Source of the DNA: Crenarchaeota archaeon 13_1_40CM_3_52_10
GTDB taxonomy: Archaea; Thermoproteota; Bathyarchaeia; 40CM-2-53-6
NCBI GenBank assembly: GCA_001918765.1
Contig: MNGO01000035.1
Span: 1 to 44,122, forward strand
DNA: 44,122 nucleotides
Direction of reading: 5' to 3'
Below the pieces are notes generated by a model. The model was given only the letters and a program-made list of their open reading frames with translations, ran no database searches and had not been told where the DNA came from. Positions 24,393-33,338 of this stretch are shown piece by piece; within the stretch, counting starts at the first letter, position 1; each line of letters begins with the position of its first letter. The translations under genes were made by a program, and so were the position numbers.

Positions 24393-25517
24393 GTGCAGAA
24401 CCCGGCTTCTCGTTGCTCCCTCGAGAAGTCTTCCTTGAGCACGTGGTATCCGCAAGTCACAGAGAAAAAAGGGCGCGTAGCCCGGATAATCAGTTACCTC
24501 AAGGCGCATCCACTACTTTGCCTGCTCATTCTGAGCCCAGGGATTCCCGAGTACCTTTCAGGCTCAAGCAACATGGCTTTCCTAGTTCTATCTCCTCCTG
24601 TATTCTTTCTCTTTCTCGCTGCGAACCTTGCGCTCTATGGTCCAGGGGTCATACTGATCCGCGAGGCCAAGATTCGCTGGAACAAAGGCTGGGCATCCGT
24701 CTTCCTCCTGGGTGCAGCCTACGGGATTGTCGAAGAAGGGCTAGCACTGCGAACCTTGTTCAATCCAACGTCATCAGTGGTAGGGAATTTAGGCGTCTAC
24801 GGACACTGGCTTGGGGTCAACTGGGTCTGGACTGTTGGATTGGTAATCTTCCATTCAGTCTTCAGCATTGGCTTACCAATTTTCATCTTTGGACTAGCCT
24901 TTCCAAATCTCAAATCAAAGAGCCTTGTCTCGATTAGGGGGATACGAGTCAGCATAATCACGTTAGCTATCGATAGCGTCCTTCTCTCGTTGTTCGTGAA
25001 CTATTGGCCTGCGGAGATATGGGGGCTGCTAATTTTTTCAAGCATCATGGTGGCATTGCTAGTTGTGGCTGCGAGGAAATTGCCTGCTGATTTTCTGAAG
25101 ACTGTCAGAGCAGAGCCGAGGTGGAGGCCCCGAGCATTCTTCCTACTCGGAGCAGCATTCTTCCCGATCTGGCTGCTAGCAGGAGGCTTCGCAGCAGGCG
25201 CCAACCTCTTTCCGCCAATCGTCGTAGTTTTCGATATCGTCGTCTCACTGTGGATACTTCGGCTCGTCTTCAGGTCAATGGGAACCCGGCTCAACCAAGC
25301 CCACAAAGTCGCATTCGCCTTCGGACTGATCTCTCCGATCATCATCTTCGGCATCGCGGCCAGCGCGTCGTTCCCACTTGTCATAATGAATGACCTGCTG
25401 GTCATTCTCTTCTCCAACAAGATGTGGACAAAATGGAAGGCATGGACGTTCAACCAGCATTATTCGCTCATGCAAGGGCTTCCAAAGTTGGGTAGCGATG
25501 GAAGCTCTATGCCCTAG
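24393..25517 (+). CDS. Polytopic membrane protein, unknown function
   Basis: The ORF is 374 aa with about 9 hydrophobic helices. The GTG start is uncertain and the true start may be downstream. Confidence 0.55.
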   Translation: MQNPASRCSLEKSSLSTWYPQVTEKKGRVARIISYLKAHPLLCLLILSPGIPEYLSGSSNMAFLVLSPPVFFLFLAANLALYGPGVILIREAKIRWNKGWASVFLLGAAYGIVEEGLALRTLFNPTSSVVGNLGVYGHWLGVNWVWTVGLVIFHSVFSIGLPIFIFGLAFPNLKSKSLVSIRGIRVSIITLAIDSVLLSLFVNYWPAEIWGLLIFSSIMVALLVVAARKLPADFLKTVRAEPRWRPRAFFLLGAAFFPIWLLAGGFAAGANLFPPIVVVFDIVVSLWILRLVFRSMGTRLNQAHKVAFAFGLISPIIIFGIAASASFPLVIMNDLLVILFSNKMWTKWKAWTFNQHYSLMQGLPKLGSDGSSMP

Positions 25518-25673
25518 CCTCACCCGACCAGAACCAAGAACCAAAAGGATTGTTTCAAGACATGGCGATGTCTCCGCCCCATAGTCTTTGAAGACCTCTT
25601 AACAGAAGAGAGGAACGCTTGAACCAGAGCGTTTTACGGATCATTCTGCATGGTCTAATCAGGGAAAGGGACG

Positions 25674-25976
25674 TTGACGAGCCTGAAGAACCTGTATATG
25701 TCCCAGATAAATCGAGCGAGAGAAGTTAGAAAGAACATGAGCGCCAAGAGTATGAAGTCAGCTCTCAAAGGAACCAGCATCGAAGAGAAGGACGCGAAGG
25801 AGATCATTTCGGGGGTCCAAGCAATGTACGACAAGATTCCAGGATTTATCCGGCCCATGCTGCCAAGCCTGCCCGACATTCTCAAACGGATCCCATCGAG
25901 CGCTGGAAAATATACTCTCAACGAGATCATCCAGCTTCTAGACTGGGCCTATGAAAGCGGACAATTGAAGAAATAG
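25674..25976 (+). CDS. Hypothetical small protein
   Basis: The ORF is 100 aa and K/E-rich. Its start is uncertain (TTG 25674 or an internal ATG). It lies just upstream of coaBC on the same strand. Confidence 0.35.
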   Translation: MTSLKNLYMSQINRAREVRKNMSAKSMKSALKGTSIEEKDAKEIISGVQAMYDKIPGFIRPMLPSLPDILKRIPSSAGKYTLNEIIQLLDWAYESGQLKK

Positions 25977-25988
25977 AGAAGGTCGGAA

Positions 25989-27251
25989 ATGACCCACCCG
26001 TCCAAGGACATCACCGGAACTTCAGGCACACAACTCTCGGGAAAGAAGATCGCGCTCCTAGTATCAAGCAGCGTTGCTTCGTTCAAAGTTCCCGAGATCG
26101 CGCGCGAGCTAATGAGACATGGAGCGGACGTGTATGCAGTGATCTCTCCATCGACCGAGAAGATGATCGGAGCCGATCTTCTGGAGTGGGCTACAGGAAA
26201 TCCAGTAGTCCGGGAGCTGAGCGGCAAACTGGAACACATTGCTCTTGCTGGAAAGAGTTCTGGACACGTTGATCTAGTTCTCATCGCTCCTGCAACTGCT
26301 AACACCATCGGGAAGCTTGCATCGGGAATTGATGATACGCCAGTCACGACGGTGGCTGCGACCGCTATCGGTTCCAAGCTGCCAGTTCTAGTAGCTCCTG
26401 CGATGCACGAGCCACTGTATGATCATCCAATAGCCCAAGAGAACATTGCACGTCTCAAGAGGATAGGCGTGGAGTTTATCGAACCGGAGATTGTGGAGGG
26501 AAAGGCGAAGATTGCGTCAACGGCCAAGATTGTCCAGGCTGTCATCACACGCCTCTCTTCTCAGCTCTCATCTCAAAAGAGAGATCTTGAGGGCCGTAGA
26601 GTGCTGGTGACGGCTGGTCCCACCATCGAGCACATCGACCCTGTCAGAGTGATCACCAACCGATCCTCAGGGAAGATGGGCCTCGCCATTGCAGAGGAAG
26701 CATGGTCTAGGGGTGCCGAGACAACTCTGATTCTGGGACCCGGGTCGGTCCTACCTCCTGCCAGCGTGAAGACAGTCAAGGTTGAGACTACGGAGGAGAT
26801 GCTTGAGGCTACTCTTCGCGAATTGAAGAAGGGTAAACACGATCTGGTTTTCGCTGCAGCAGCGCCAAGCGACTATAGGCCGTCGAAACCGGCGGGCCGG
26901 AAGATAAGTACACGGAAGGAAAAAACTGTCGATCTGGAGCTAGAAGCCACCCCGAAGATAATTCGAGAAATTCGCCTGGCAAGCCCGAAATCGTTTCTCG
27001 TGGCTTTCAAGACGGAACACGGCGTCTCGAACGAGCAACTTGTGTCAGAAGCGTTTGAGATACTCAGCGAGAAAAACGCCGATCTTGTCGCGGCCAATGA
27101 TGTCTCGCTTGAGGGAGTGGGGTTCCAGACTGACACCAACGAGCTGTTCGTTGTTGACGAGCGGCAGAAGGTAACGCATATCACGTTGGCGCCGAAACGT
27201 GAGGTTGCCCGGCAGCTATTGGACATTGCCGTAAAGAGACTGAAAGGCTAG
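25989..27251 (+). CDS. coaBC: Bifunctional phosphopantothenoylcysteine decarboxylase / phosphopantothenate-cysteine ligase
   Basis: The ORF is 420 aa. The N-terminal flavoprotein domain is GKKIALLVSSSVASFKVPEIARELMRHGADVYAVIS...APATANTIGK. The C-terminal CoaB domain is VLVTAGPTIEHIDPVRVITNRSSGKMG. Confidence 0.92.
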   Translation: MTHPSKDITGTSGTQLSGKKIALLVSSSVASFKVPEIARELMRHGADVYAVISPSTEKMIGADLLEWATGNPVVRELSGKLEHIALAGKSSGHVDLVLIAPATANTIGKLASGIDDTPVTTVAATAIGSKLPVLVAPAMHEPLYDHPIAQENIARLKRIGVEFIEPEIVEGKAKIASTAKIVQAVITRLSSQLSSQKRDLEGRRVLVTAGPTIEHIDPVRVITNRSSGKMGLAIAEEAWSRGAETTLILGPGSVLPPASVKTVKVETTEEMLEATLRELKKGKHDLVFAAAAPSDYRPSKPAGRKISTRKEKTVDLELEATPKIIREIRLASPKSFLVAFKTEHGVSNEQLVSEAFEILSEKNADLVAANDVSLEGVGFQTDTNELFVVDERQKVTHITLAPKREVARQLLDIAVKRLKG

Positions 27252-27297
27252 GATCAGAGGCACTCCTACGTCAAAGAAGATTGTTCGAGCGGTAGCA

Positions 27298-28050
27298 GTG
27301 CAGACAAGACCGGTAGGAACGTCGGTCAAAGAAACGATCTTCCGAGCCGTCAAACAGGCAAAGCAGGCGGCTGAGAAGGACGCGGACATTATCTGCCTGC
27401 CCGAGCACTGGTTGCCAGAGAAAACGATCCCATCTCCCATGAGCCCCCTTCCAGGGCTCCAGTCGATTGCGGAGGAGTACGGTGTTGTTGTTGTCGGAGG
27501 AGCTTTCTATGAAAAAGTCAGAGGACGACTCTATCTCAACAGTCCAGTCATCGGACGAGACGGAGAAGTCGTAGGCCGACAGCCCAAGATTCACCTGTTT
27601 CATTTCGAGAAGAAGATTGCGCATCCAGGAAACGACTATAGTGTCTTCCAAGTGAATGGGTTCAAAGTGGGAGTCCTCGTTTGCTATGATGTTGACTTTC
27701 CAGAGGCCTCGAGAATCCTGACCCTCAAAGGCGCGGACTTGCTGATGTGCCCGTCAAGGATTGTGAGACAGGGAGTTGAGCCGTGGCACCAGTACGTCAC
27801 GATTCGATCGCTGGAGAACCGAATAGCAGTTGTAGCACCGAACGTCTATTCCCCGCCGTTGTTCACGGGGTACAGCCTGATTGTTAGCCTCAAGGAAGAT
27901 CCAAAGATGAGGATATCTCACCCCAAGATGCACGTGTTCAAAGAGAGGCGAGAGGGAATAGTCATTGAGGATATCGATCTCGCTCTTCACGCTCGATTGC
28001 GTAAAGAACGGTTCGCTGATCGCAGGCCCGAAACATATCTCTGGAATTGA
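27298..28050 (+). CDS. Carbon-nitrogen hydrolase (nitrilase superfamily), paralogue 2
   Basis: The triad contexts are CLPEHW, QPKIHLF and LVCYDVDFPE. The first canonical start is GTG 27298, but the conserved first strand KKIVRAVAVQT begins at 27274. The real start may therefore be ATT 27280. Confidence 0.8.
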   Translation: MQTRPVGTSVKETIFRAVKQAKQAAEKDADIICLPEHWLPEKTIPSPMSPLPGLQSIAEEYGVVVVGGAFYEKVRGRLYLNSPVIGRDGEVVGRQPKIHLFHFEKKIAHPGNDYSVFQVNGFKVGVLVCYDVDFPEASRILTLKGADLLMCPSRIVRQGVEPWHQYVTIRSLENRIAVVAPNVYSPPLFTGYSLIVSLKEDPKMRISHPKMHVFKERREGIVIEDIDLALHARLRKERFADRRPETYLWN

Positions 28051-28056
28051 AAGGGA

Positions 28057-28785
28057 CTGATCGACAGGAAGATTCGCGGAGTAGTCTTCGATCTAGATAA
28101 CACTCTCATCCAGTCCAAGAAGGGCGCTCAAAAGGGTCTCCTCGCAGTCGCGAGCATTTTTGCGAAACGGTTGAGCGTAGAAGGATACCACTACACTGAG
28201 GCAAACCTGTTCAGAAGACTCCAGATGATCGATCTGGAAATGCATGGCCGAAAATTTCTCTACAATAGAGATGTCTGGTGGGAGACCCTGCTCAAAGAGC
28301 TCGGCTCATCTAAGCTCAAGGGTCCATGGGTTCACCAGACAACCCTCCGTTATTGGAAGACGTACGCTCAAGCGAGTCCAATGTTCTCTGACGCGATGTC
28401 GACCATTCGTCGAATGAAGAAGGAAGGATTTAGGCTTGGAATGGTTTCCGACTCAGATGGAACTCCTGGAATGAAAATGAAGAGAATTCGTAAACAGCCA
28501 TTTCTGAAGTATCTTGAGACAATAGTTGTTGCCGGCGAGGACACGCCTAGTGTGAAACCAAGCAGGAGACCCTTCACCCTGGTCGCAGAGCGGTTAAGAT
28601 TACAACCCAGGGATTGCGTCTACATTGGCGACAATCCAGACACAGACATTAAGGGAGCGAAGGGGGTTGGCATGATGATGATACTGGTGAAACGTCGAGG
28701 TCCAAAGGGTGGACATCCAGACTACCGGGCTCGATCGTTGAGTGATGCTGCTAGGCTGTTAACGGGGAACCAACCTGTTCCATAA
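28057..28785 (+). CDS. HAD-superfamily hydrolase
   Basis: HAD motif I VVFDLDNTL (28081-28107) lies upstream of the track start TTG 28171. The frame opens right after the TGA of the upstream gene, and CTG 28057 gives a normal N-terminus (xIDRKIRGVVFDLDNTL). Motif II is GMVSDSDG and motif III is YIGDNPDTDIKGA. Confidence 0.8.
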   Translation: MIDRKIRGVVFDLDNTLIQSKKGAQKGLLAVASIFAKRLSVEGYHYTEANLFRRLQMIDLEMHGRKFLYNRDVWWETLLKELGSSKLKGPWVHQTTLRYWKTYAQASPMFSDAMSTIRRMKKEGFRLGMVSDSDGTPGMKMKRIRKQPFLKYLETIVVAGEDTPSVKPSRRPFTLVAERLRLQPRDCVYIGDNPDTDIKGAKGVGMMMILVKRRGPKGGHPDYRARSLSDAARLLTGNQPVP

Positions 28786-29617
28786 CAGACTGTTTTCGGA
28801 AAACGATTCTTTCCGATTCGTGGCCCATCCGTTCCTGAATAATTCCCGAAAAGTCTTGTAGCTTCTCATATCCGATGAATCGACGGCTAAGATCCATTGC
28901 TGCCTTGAGAGTGGTTCCAGATCCGAGAAAAGGGTCCAGGACCAGATCATCTTCTATGGAGAACATTCGGATCAGTCGTCGTGGGATCTCTTCTGGGAAT
29001 GCGGCGACTCGTCTTTCTAATTTTCCGTGGGTTTGTCTTGTTCCTTTGACGCTCCAGACTTGTGAGAACCATTCGTCCCGTTCGTTCTTGGTAAACTTGC
29101 TCCCGTAGCGTTTCGGATCCTTTGGCTCGAAGGTTCTCAGACTTCCCTTGCGAAAAATCAAGATGTACTCCATGTCCAAGGTTACGTACGCGTTAGGGGG
29201 GAGGAAACCTGAGCCTAGAAATGCTCCCTTCCCTTTGTAGCGAGGTTTCGTGGTAGGCTTCTTCCAGAGGATATAGGGGAGGGTAACGAGGCCGAGGTGT
29301 TCGAAGGTCTCTATCACTCGTGAATGGTTCGGGTATAGATGGAACATACCATCCTTGGTCCGGGTCGCGTCGCCAATATTGATACAGGCGAGTCCGCCGG
29401 GGGCCAAGACCCTTTTCACTTCTTTCCACGTTTGGCTAAGGTAGCTGTGCATCTCGTCGTAGGACTCTGCGGATTCTTCTCGGAAGAAATCGTCCCATAT
29501 ACCAACCATTGGGTAAGGTGGCGAGGTGACGACCAGATTCACGGAGTTATTGGCTAGTTCTTGCATCTTACGGCTGTCGCCGATGATTACGCGGTAATCG
29601 GCCGTCGTCTCAGTCAA
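28751..29617 (-). CDS. Beta-class (N6_N4 family) DNA methyltransferase with SPPY motif
   Basis: The ORF is 288 aa. Motif IV VVTSPPYPM lies N-terminal to motif I DPFLGSGTTLKAA, which is the beta-class order. It starts 7 nt after the PAC2 gene stop. Its 3' end overlaps the convergent HAD gene by 35 nt. Confidence 0.85.
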   Translation of the reverse strand: MTETTADYRVIIGDSRKMQELANNSVNLVVTSPPYPMVGIWDDFFREESAESYDEMHSYLSQTWKEVKRVLAPGGLACINIGDATRTKDGMFHLYPNHSRVIETFEHLGLVTLPYILWKKPTTKPRYKGKGAFLGSGFLPPNAYVTLDMEYILIFRKGSLRTFEPKDPKRYGSKFTKNERDEWFSQVWSVKGTRQTHGKLERRVAAFPEEIPRRLIRMFSIEDDLVLDPFLGSGTTLKAAMDLSRRFIGYEKLQDFSGIIQERMGHESERIVFRKQSVMEQVGSPLTA

Positions 29618-29624
29618 TTCTCGG

Positions 29625-30368
29625 TCACCCGATATATTCAGAACTACCTGAAGATTCTGAACTCTTGTCGCCGCCCTGTTTCAGAGCGGTCTCGATCTCC
29701 TTCGCTTGTCCTTCCAGTTCGGTCATATCGATCTGTAGTCTAAGCTTCTTGACTAGGACGCGGAGAATTATCATCGCTGCACGTGGATCAATCATGAAGC
29801 CCGACGTTTCCCCTGAGAGAAATAGGCCTTTGAGATTCCGAACTTTTGCCAGGCCTGGGATAAGTCCGTTCATCCAGGTGACCGCGCCACTGTCGATAAT
29901 CTTCACACCTAACTCTTCGAGTTCTTGGACGAGAACTAGATCGCTCGCGGCACCGTAAACTTGTGGATGCTCAGCGATCCTGCCGGTGATGAAGGCGCCG
30001 ACCGTTACAACTGTCTCGACCCCGAGTTTTTCGGCGAGTTTCACAACTGCCTCCGAGAGACGGAAGGCTCCTTCAGGTAGGATTGGTTGCGCGTCTCCGG
30101 TGTACAGTATGAGGTCGGGGCCGGAGTCTTTGTTGATCCAGTAGAATATTTCATGCTTCATCAGGTCAGAGGTTCCGTCGGGCTTTAGCAGGAGGCGAGG
30201 TGGGAGATAGTCCGAGTAGAGATGGCCCAAGGGGATCGCTTTGAGCGTCTTGATGAGTTGGTCGAGAACGATCTTCGCCACTCGTCCGCTGTCTGGAAGG
30301 CCGGCTATCAGAACCGGAGTTTTTAGTGGCGGAGCCTCGTTGAGATGGAGTTGGATACGTTCTCGCAA
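29625..30368 (-). CDS. PAC2-family (proteasome assembly chaperone 2-like) protein
   Basis: The ORF is 247 aa with a TTG start. It has the typical PAC2 N-terminal strand-loop PVLIAGLPDSGRVAKIVLDQL. Confidence 0.75.
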   Translation of the reverse strand: MRERIQLHLNEAPPLKTPVLIAGLPDSGRVAKIVLDQLIKTLKAIPLGHLYSDYLPPRLLLKPDGTSDLMKHEIFYWINKDSGPDLILYTGDAQPILPEGAFRLSEAVVKLAEKLGVETVVTVGAFITGRIAEHPQVYGAASDLVLVQELEELGVKIIDSGAVTWMNGLIPGLAKVRNLKGLFLSGETSGFMIDPRAAMIILRVLVKKLRLQIDMTELEGQAKEIETALKQGGDKSSESSGSSEYIG

Positions 30369-30559
30369 GATTTGATTCCCTTCTCAGAAATCCTCTCTAG
30401 ACGTTAATGCAACAATTGTCGGGGCTGATAGACATTCCCGTGTAACTATTTTCACTCATTTGAGTGAAAATAATCCCTACTTTTCTCCGTAGAATCTTTA
30501 TATCGTGGAAGCACCGAGCCAAACCTCCCCGCGCTTTAGGTGTCCATTTGGCAAAATTC

Positions 30560-30793
30560 ATGCTGTCACTCCGCGACGAAAGTTTTGAACTCCTACAAAC
30601 AGAAGCAGAAGACCGAGGCATATCGATCCAGGAATTGATCAGAGCCGTGATCATCCCTGACTGGGTCAAACTAAACTCTGTTGCTAAACCTGCCTTTGAC
30701 AACGGGAATAACGGATTGCGAGCCTACAGATCGTCGGCTCCAGTGCGTGACCAAGAGCAAATGTTCCAGCCTGCCATGAGCCGGATACGCTAA
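30560..30793 (+). CDS. Ribbon-helix-helix (CopG/Arc/MetJ-like) DNA-binding protein
   Basis: Starting from ATG 30560, MLSLRDESFELLQTEAEDRGISIQELIRAVI fits the strand-helix-helix pattern. A TATA-like CTTTATATCG lies at ~30497-30506. A T5 run follows the stop. Confidence 0.55.
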   Translation: MLSLRDESFELLQTEAEDRGISIQELIRAVIIPDWVKLNSVAKPAFDNGNNGLRAYRSSAPVRDQEQMFQPAMSRIR

Positions 30794-30897
30794 CACACTC
30801 AATCACACCTTCAACATTTTTCGACTCTTCAAAGACTTTTCCAAAACTCCATCGCGGTTTCGATGGAGGTCTGATTGCAGCTTCAGGTGCCTGTTTT

Positions 30898-31092
30898 CTA
30901 TTTTGTTGATATCTGCAAGATCAGTTTTTCCAGATTCAGATGATGATATCGCCGGTGAACGATCAAGATGGTGAGGCAGCGCTCACAGATCGTTGCAGAG
31001 TATCCAGCGGCTTCGACCTGAACTAAGCTCTCAACAGGGACATGCTCTCTCCTAAACGCACAGGTCGCAAGCATCAGCGAACTCAGCCTCAA
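30898..31092 (-). CDS. Hypothetical small Cys/His-containing protein
   Basis: The ORF is 58-64 aa (internal ATG at 31074) and contains C..F..EH and CERC. The coding status is weak. Confidence 0.25.
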   Translation of the reverse strand: MRLSSLMLATCAFRREHVPVESLVQVEAAGYSATICERCLTILIVHRRYHHLNLEKLILQISTK

Positions 31093-31211
31093 ACAAGGAC
31101 CTTTTGTTAGGCATCACCCGTCCTTAAGCATTCAAGCTTCAGTTTCCTCCACTCTCCCCACCCACGTACGAAAGGCTGTTCCACGACAAACTCCACAACT
31201 CTTATGGAGCA

Positions 31212-31442
31212 TTGTTCAACGCAGTCCTCAAACGAAGTGCAATGGGAATAGTCTCTGACATCGAGAAAACGTTGCAGATTCCACGACTAGGCACTGCTTT
31301 ACTGGCCATCCTCTTCGGTGCCTTGCTTCTAATGATTCCTTGGTTATTGAACTACCTAATCGCGATAGGCATGATCGTCTGGGGCATCTCGGAAGCAGTG
31401 AAGGCGAGCAACACTTCGAAAAGTTCTTCCTCGGCCAAATGA
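31212..31442 (+). CDS. DUF3096-like small membrane protein
   Basis: LGTALLAILFGALLLMIPWLLNYLIAIGMIVWGISEA follows the DUF3096 two-helix pattern. The start is either TTG 31212 or ATG 31242. Confidence 0.5.
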   Translation: MFNAVLKRSAMGIVSDIEKTLQIPRLGTALLAILFGALLLMIPWLLNYLIAIGMIVWGISEAVKASNTSKSSSSAK

Positions 31443-31479
31443 GTCTCAAGAAAACGAAGTAAGATTCTGGGAGTCGTTC

Positions 31480-31926
31480 GTGGACCCGGCCATTAGACGA
31501 TACGAGAAGAATGATGGCGTCGCCGTTCTCGAGCTCTCACAGAAGTATACCTCTTGGGACTCTACTCCGACAGAGGCTGACATTCAGGGCTTCTACTCGT
31601 CCGAGCCTGACTTCTTCCTAGTAGCTGAGCTCAACCGAAGAATAGTTGGTTTCATCTTTGGCCGTGAATCCAAGAATGTTCCGGATGAAGTTCTACGGAG
31701 ATGGAGGTCAGCTAAGGTGGGTTCCGTTGAGATACTCGCAGTCGAGGAACGGTATCGGCGTAGGGGAATCGCCACTTTGCTCCTGAATCGTCTATTCATA
31801 GGTTTCAGGGAGAGACGTATTGACACCGTAACGCTTTCGGTGCCAGCTGACGAGAGAGGGGCCAAGGAGCTGTATGATAAGTTGGGTTTTGAGACGAGAG
31901 GCTATTTCATGAAAAAGAGGCTCTAG
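31480..31926 (+). CDS. GNAT-family N-acetyltransferase
   Basis: The ORF is 148 aa. The acetyl-CoA motif A is VEERYRRRGIATLLLNRL. Confidence 0.8.
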   Translation: MDPAIRRYEKNDGVAVLELSQKYTSWDSTPTEADIQGFYSSEPDFFLVAELNRRIVGFIFGRESKNVPDEVLRRWRSAKVGSVEILAVEERYRRRGIATLLLNRLFIGFRERRIDTVTLSVPADERGAKELYDKLGFETRGYFMKKRL

Positions 31927-31947
31927 GCCGAGGTCGAGAGAAGATGA

Positions 31948-32442
<495 letters not shown>

Positions 32443-32454
32443 TTAGTGTCGGGG

Positions 32455-33015
32455 CTAGTTTTGTACGACTTGGGCTTCTTCTGTCCGGCCGGGGTGCTCG
32501 TTTTGAGCGAACATTGCCATGGCCTGTTTCTGTTTCTCGTCTTTCTCTTTCTTGCTCATGTTGACTTGCTGTGATAATGACCAGTGGTGTCCGTATGGGT
32601 CGGTCAGTTGGCCGTAGCGTTCGCCCCAGAACTGGTTGTCCAATGGCATGGTGATCTTGGCGCCGGCGTCGACGGCTTGCTGCCAGAGCTTCTCAATGTT
32701 GCTAGTGTAGATGTGCAGTGTGACAGGGCTGTTGCCGAGAATATCAGGGGATTGAGGGCCGCCACCTGGGAATGTGTCTGATAGCATTACTATCGAATCG
32801 CCGATTCTAATGCGCGCGTTCATGATTTTCCCGTCTGGAATGGCATCTCGTGCTAGTTCTTTTGCGCCGAAGGCTTTCTTGTACCAGTCAATCGCGGCCG
32901 CTGCGCCATTGATCGCGAGGTATGGTGTTATGGTCCGGAATCCTGGAGGGATGGGTGCTTTCTTGGATTTTGCGGGTTTCTTCGCTTTTGCCTTTTTGGA
33001 TTTGGATTTAGGCAT
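32455..33015 (-). CDS. PhnB/YjdN-like VOC-family protein with a lysine-rich N-terminal tail
   Basis: The ORF is 186 aa. The core is ITPYLAINGAAAAIDWYKKAFGAKE...DPYGHHWSL. The N-terminal 22 residues are MPKSKSKKAKAKKPAKSKKAPI. Confidence 0.75.
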   Translation of the reverse strand: MPKSKSKKAKAKKPAKSKKAPIPPGFRTITPYLAINGAAAAIDWYKKAFGAKELARDAIPDGKIMNARIRIGDSIVMLSDTFPGGGPQSPDILGNSPVTLHIYTSNIEKLWQQAVDAGAKITMPLDNQFWGERYGQLTDPYGHHWSLSQQVNMSKKEKDEKQKQAMAMFAQNEHPGRTEEAQVVQN

Positions 33016-33338
33016 GCTCCGGGGGCTTGTAAAGTCGTAGACTAAAACCTTGCTAGCGTTTCTTGACGTCTAATGTTGGTAGGGGTTTGAGGTCTCGGGG
33101 GACACGCCAGGAATGGGCTTCTTTTCTCCAGTTCCAAGGCTGTTTGAGGTCGGAGTTTTGAGTCCGAAGATGACCGACGCTAGGAGGGCCCAAGGATGGT
33201 GTGAGGAAAAGGTCACTTGTCGTTTCGGAGGCTGATGGGGCCGGGCGGAACCCCCATAACTGCAACTTGTCCAAACGCTCTAATGCAGGCTCATGAGATT
33301 ACTGGAAGAGGATAGTTACTGGGTGACGTGATTGTCGA

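Noticed and set aside
28048-28050. An in-frame TGA separates the CN-hydrolase and HAD reading frames, which could indicate stop-codon readthrough or recoding (Sec or reassigned TGA).
   Set aside because: TGA cleanly terminates many well-defined genes in this window (CDF, hyuA, hyuB, mre11, rad50, rpl10e, ppsA, PAC2) at positions matching normal C-termini. No SECIS-like hairpin was noticed. A non-canonical restart at CTG 28057 is the simpler explanation.
28751-30368. The DNA methyltransferase could be part of a restriction-modification system.
   Set aside because: The neighbours are a PAC2-family gene, a HAD hydrolase and an RHH protein. No ORF with nuclease-like motifs (PD-(D/E)xK, HNH, GIY-YIG) was recognisable within ~5 kb.
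30940-30990. This is a C/D-box sRNA-like arrangement on the plus strand. It reads ATGATGA, a 12-nt spacer, ACGA, 5 nt, ATGGTGA, a 12-nt spacer, then AGAT/CAGA.
   Set aside because: Both D-type boxes deviate from CTGA, and C' is degenerate. There is no terminal complementary stem. The spacing alone is not sufficient evidence.
33235-33257. The hairpin ATGGGG-(11 nt)-CCCCAT with a CCGGGCGGAA loop lies in the 320-nt spacer 33016-33338. I considered it as part of an SRP/7S-like RNA.
   Set aside because: The conserved archaeal helix-8 sequence (..CAGGCCCGGAAGGGAGCA..) is not present, and no 5'/3' closing helix was found. It is probably an incidental hairpin in a promoter region.
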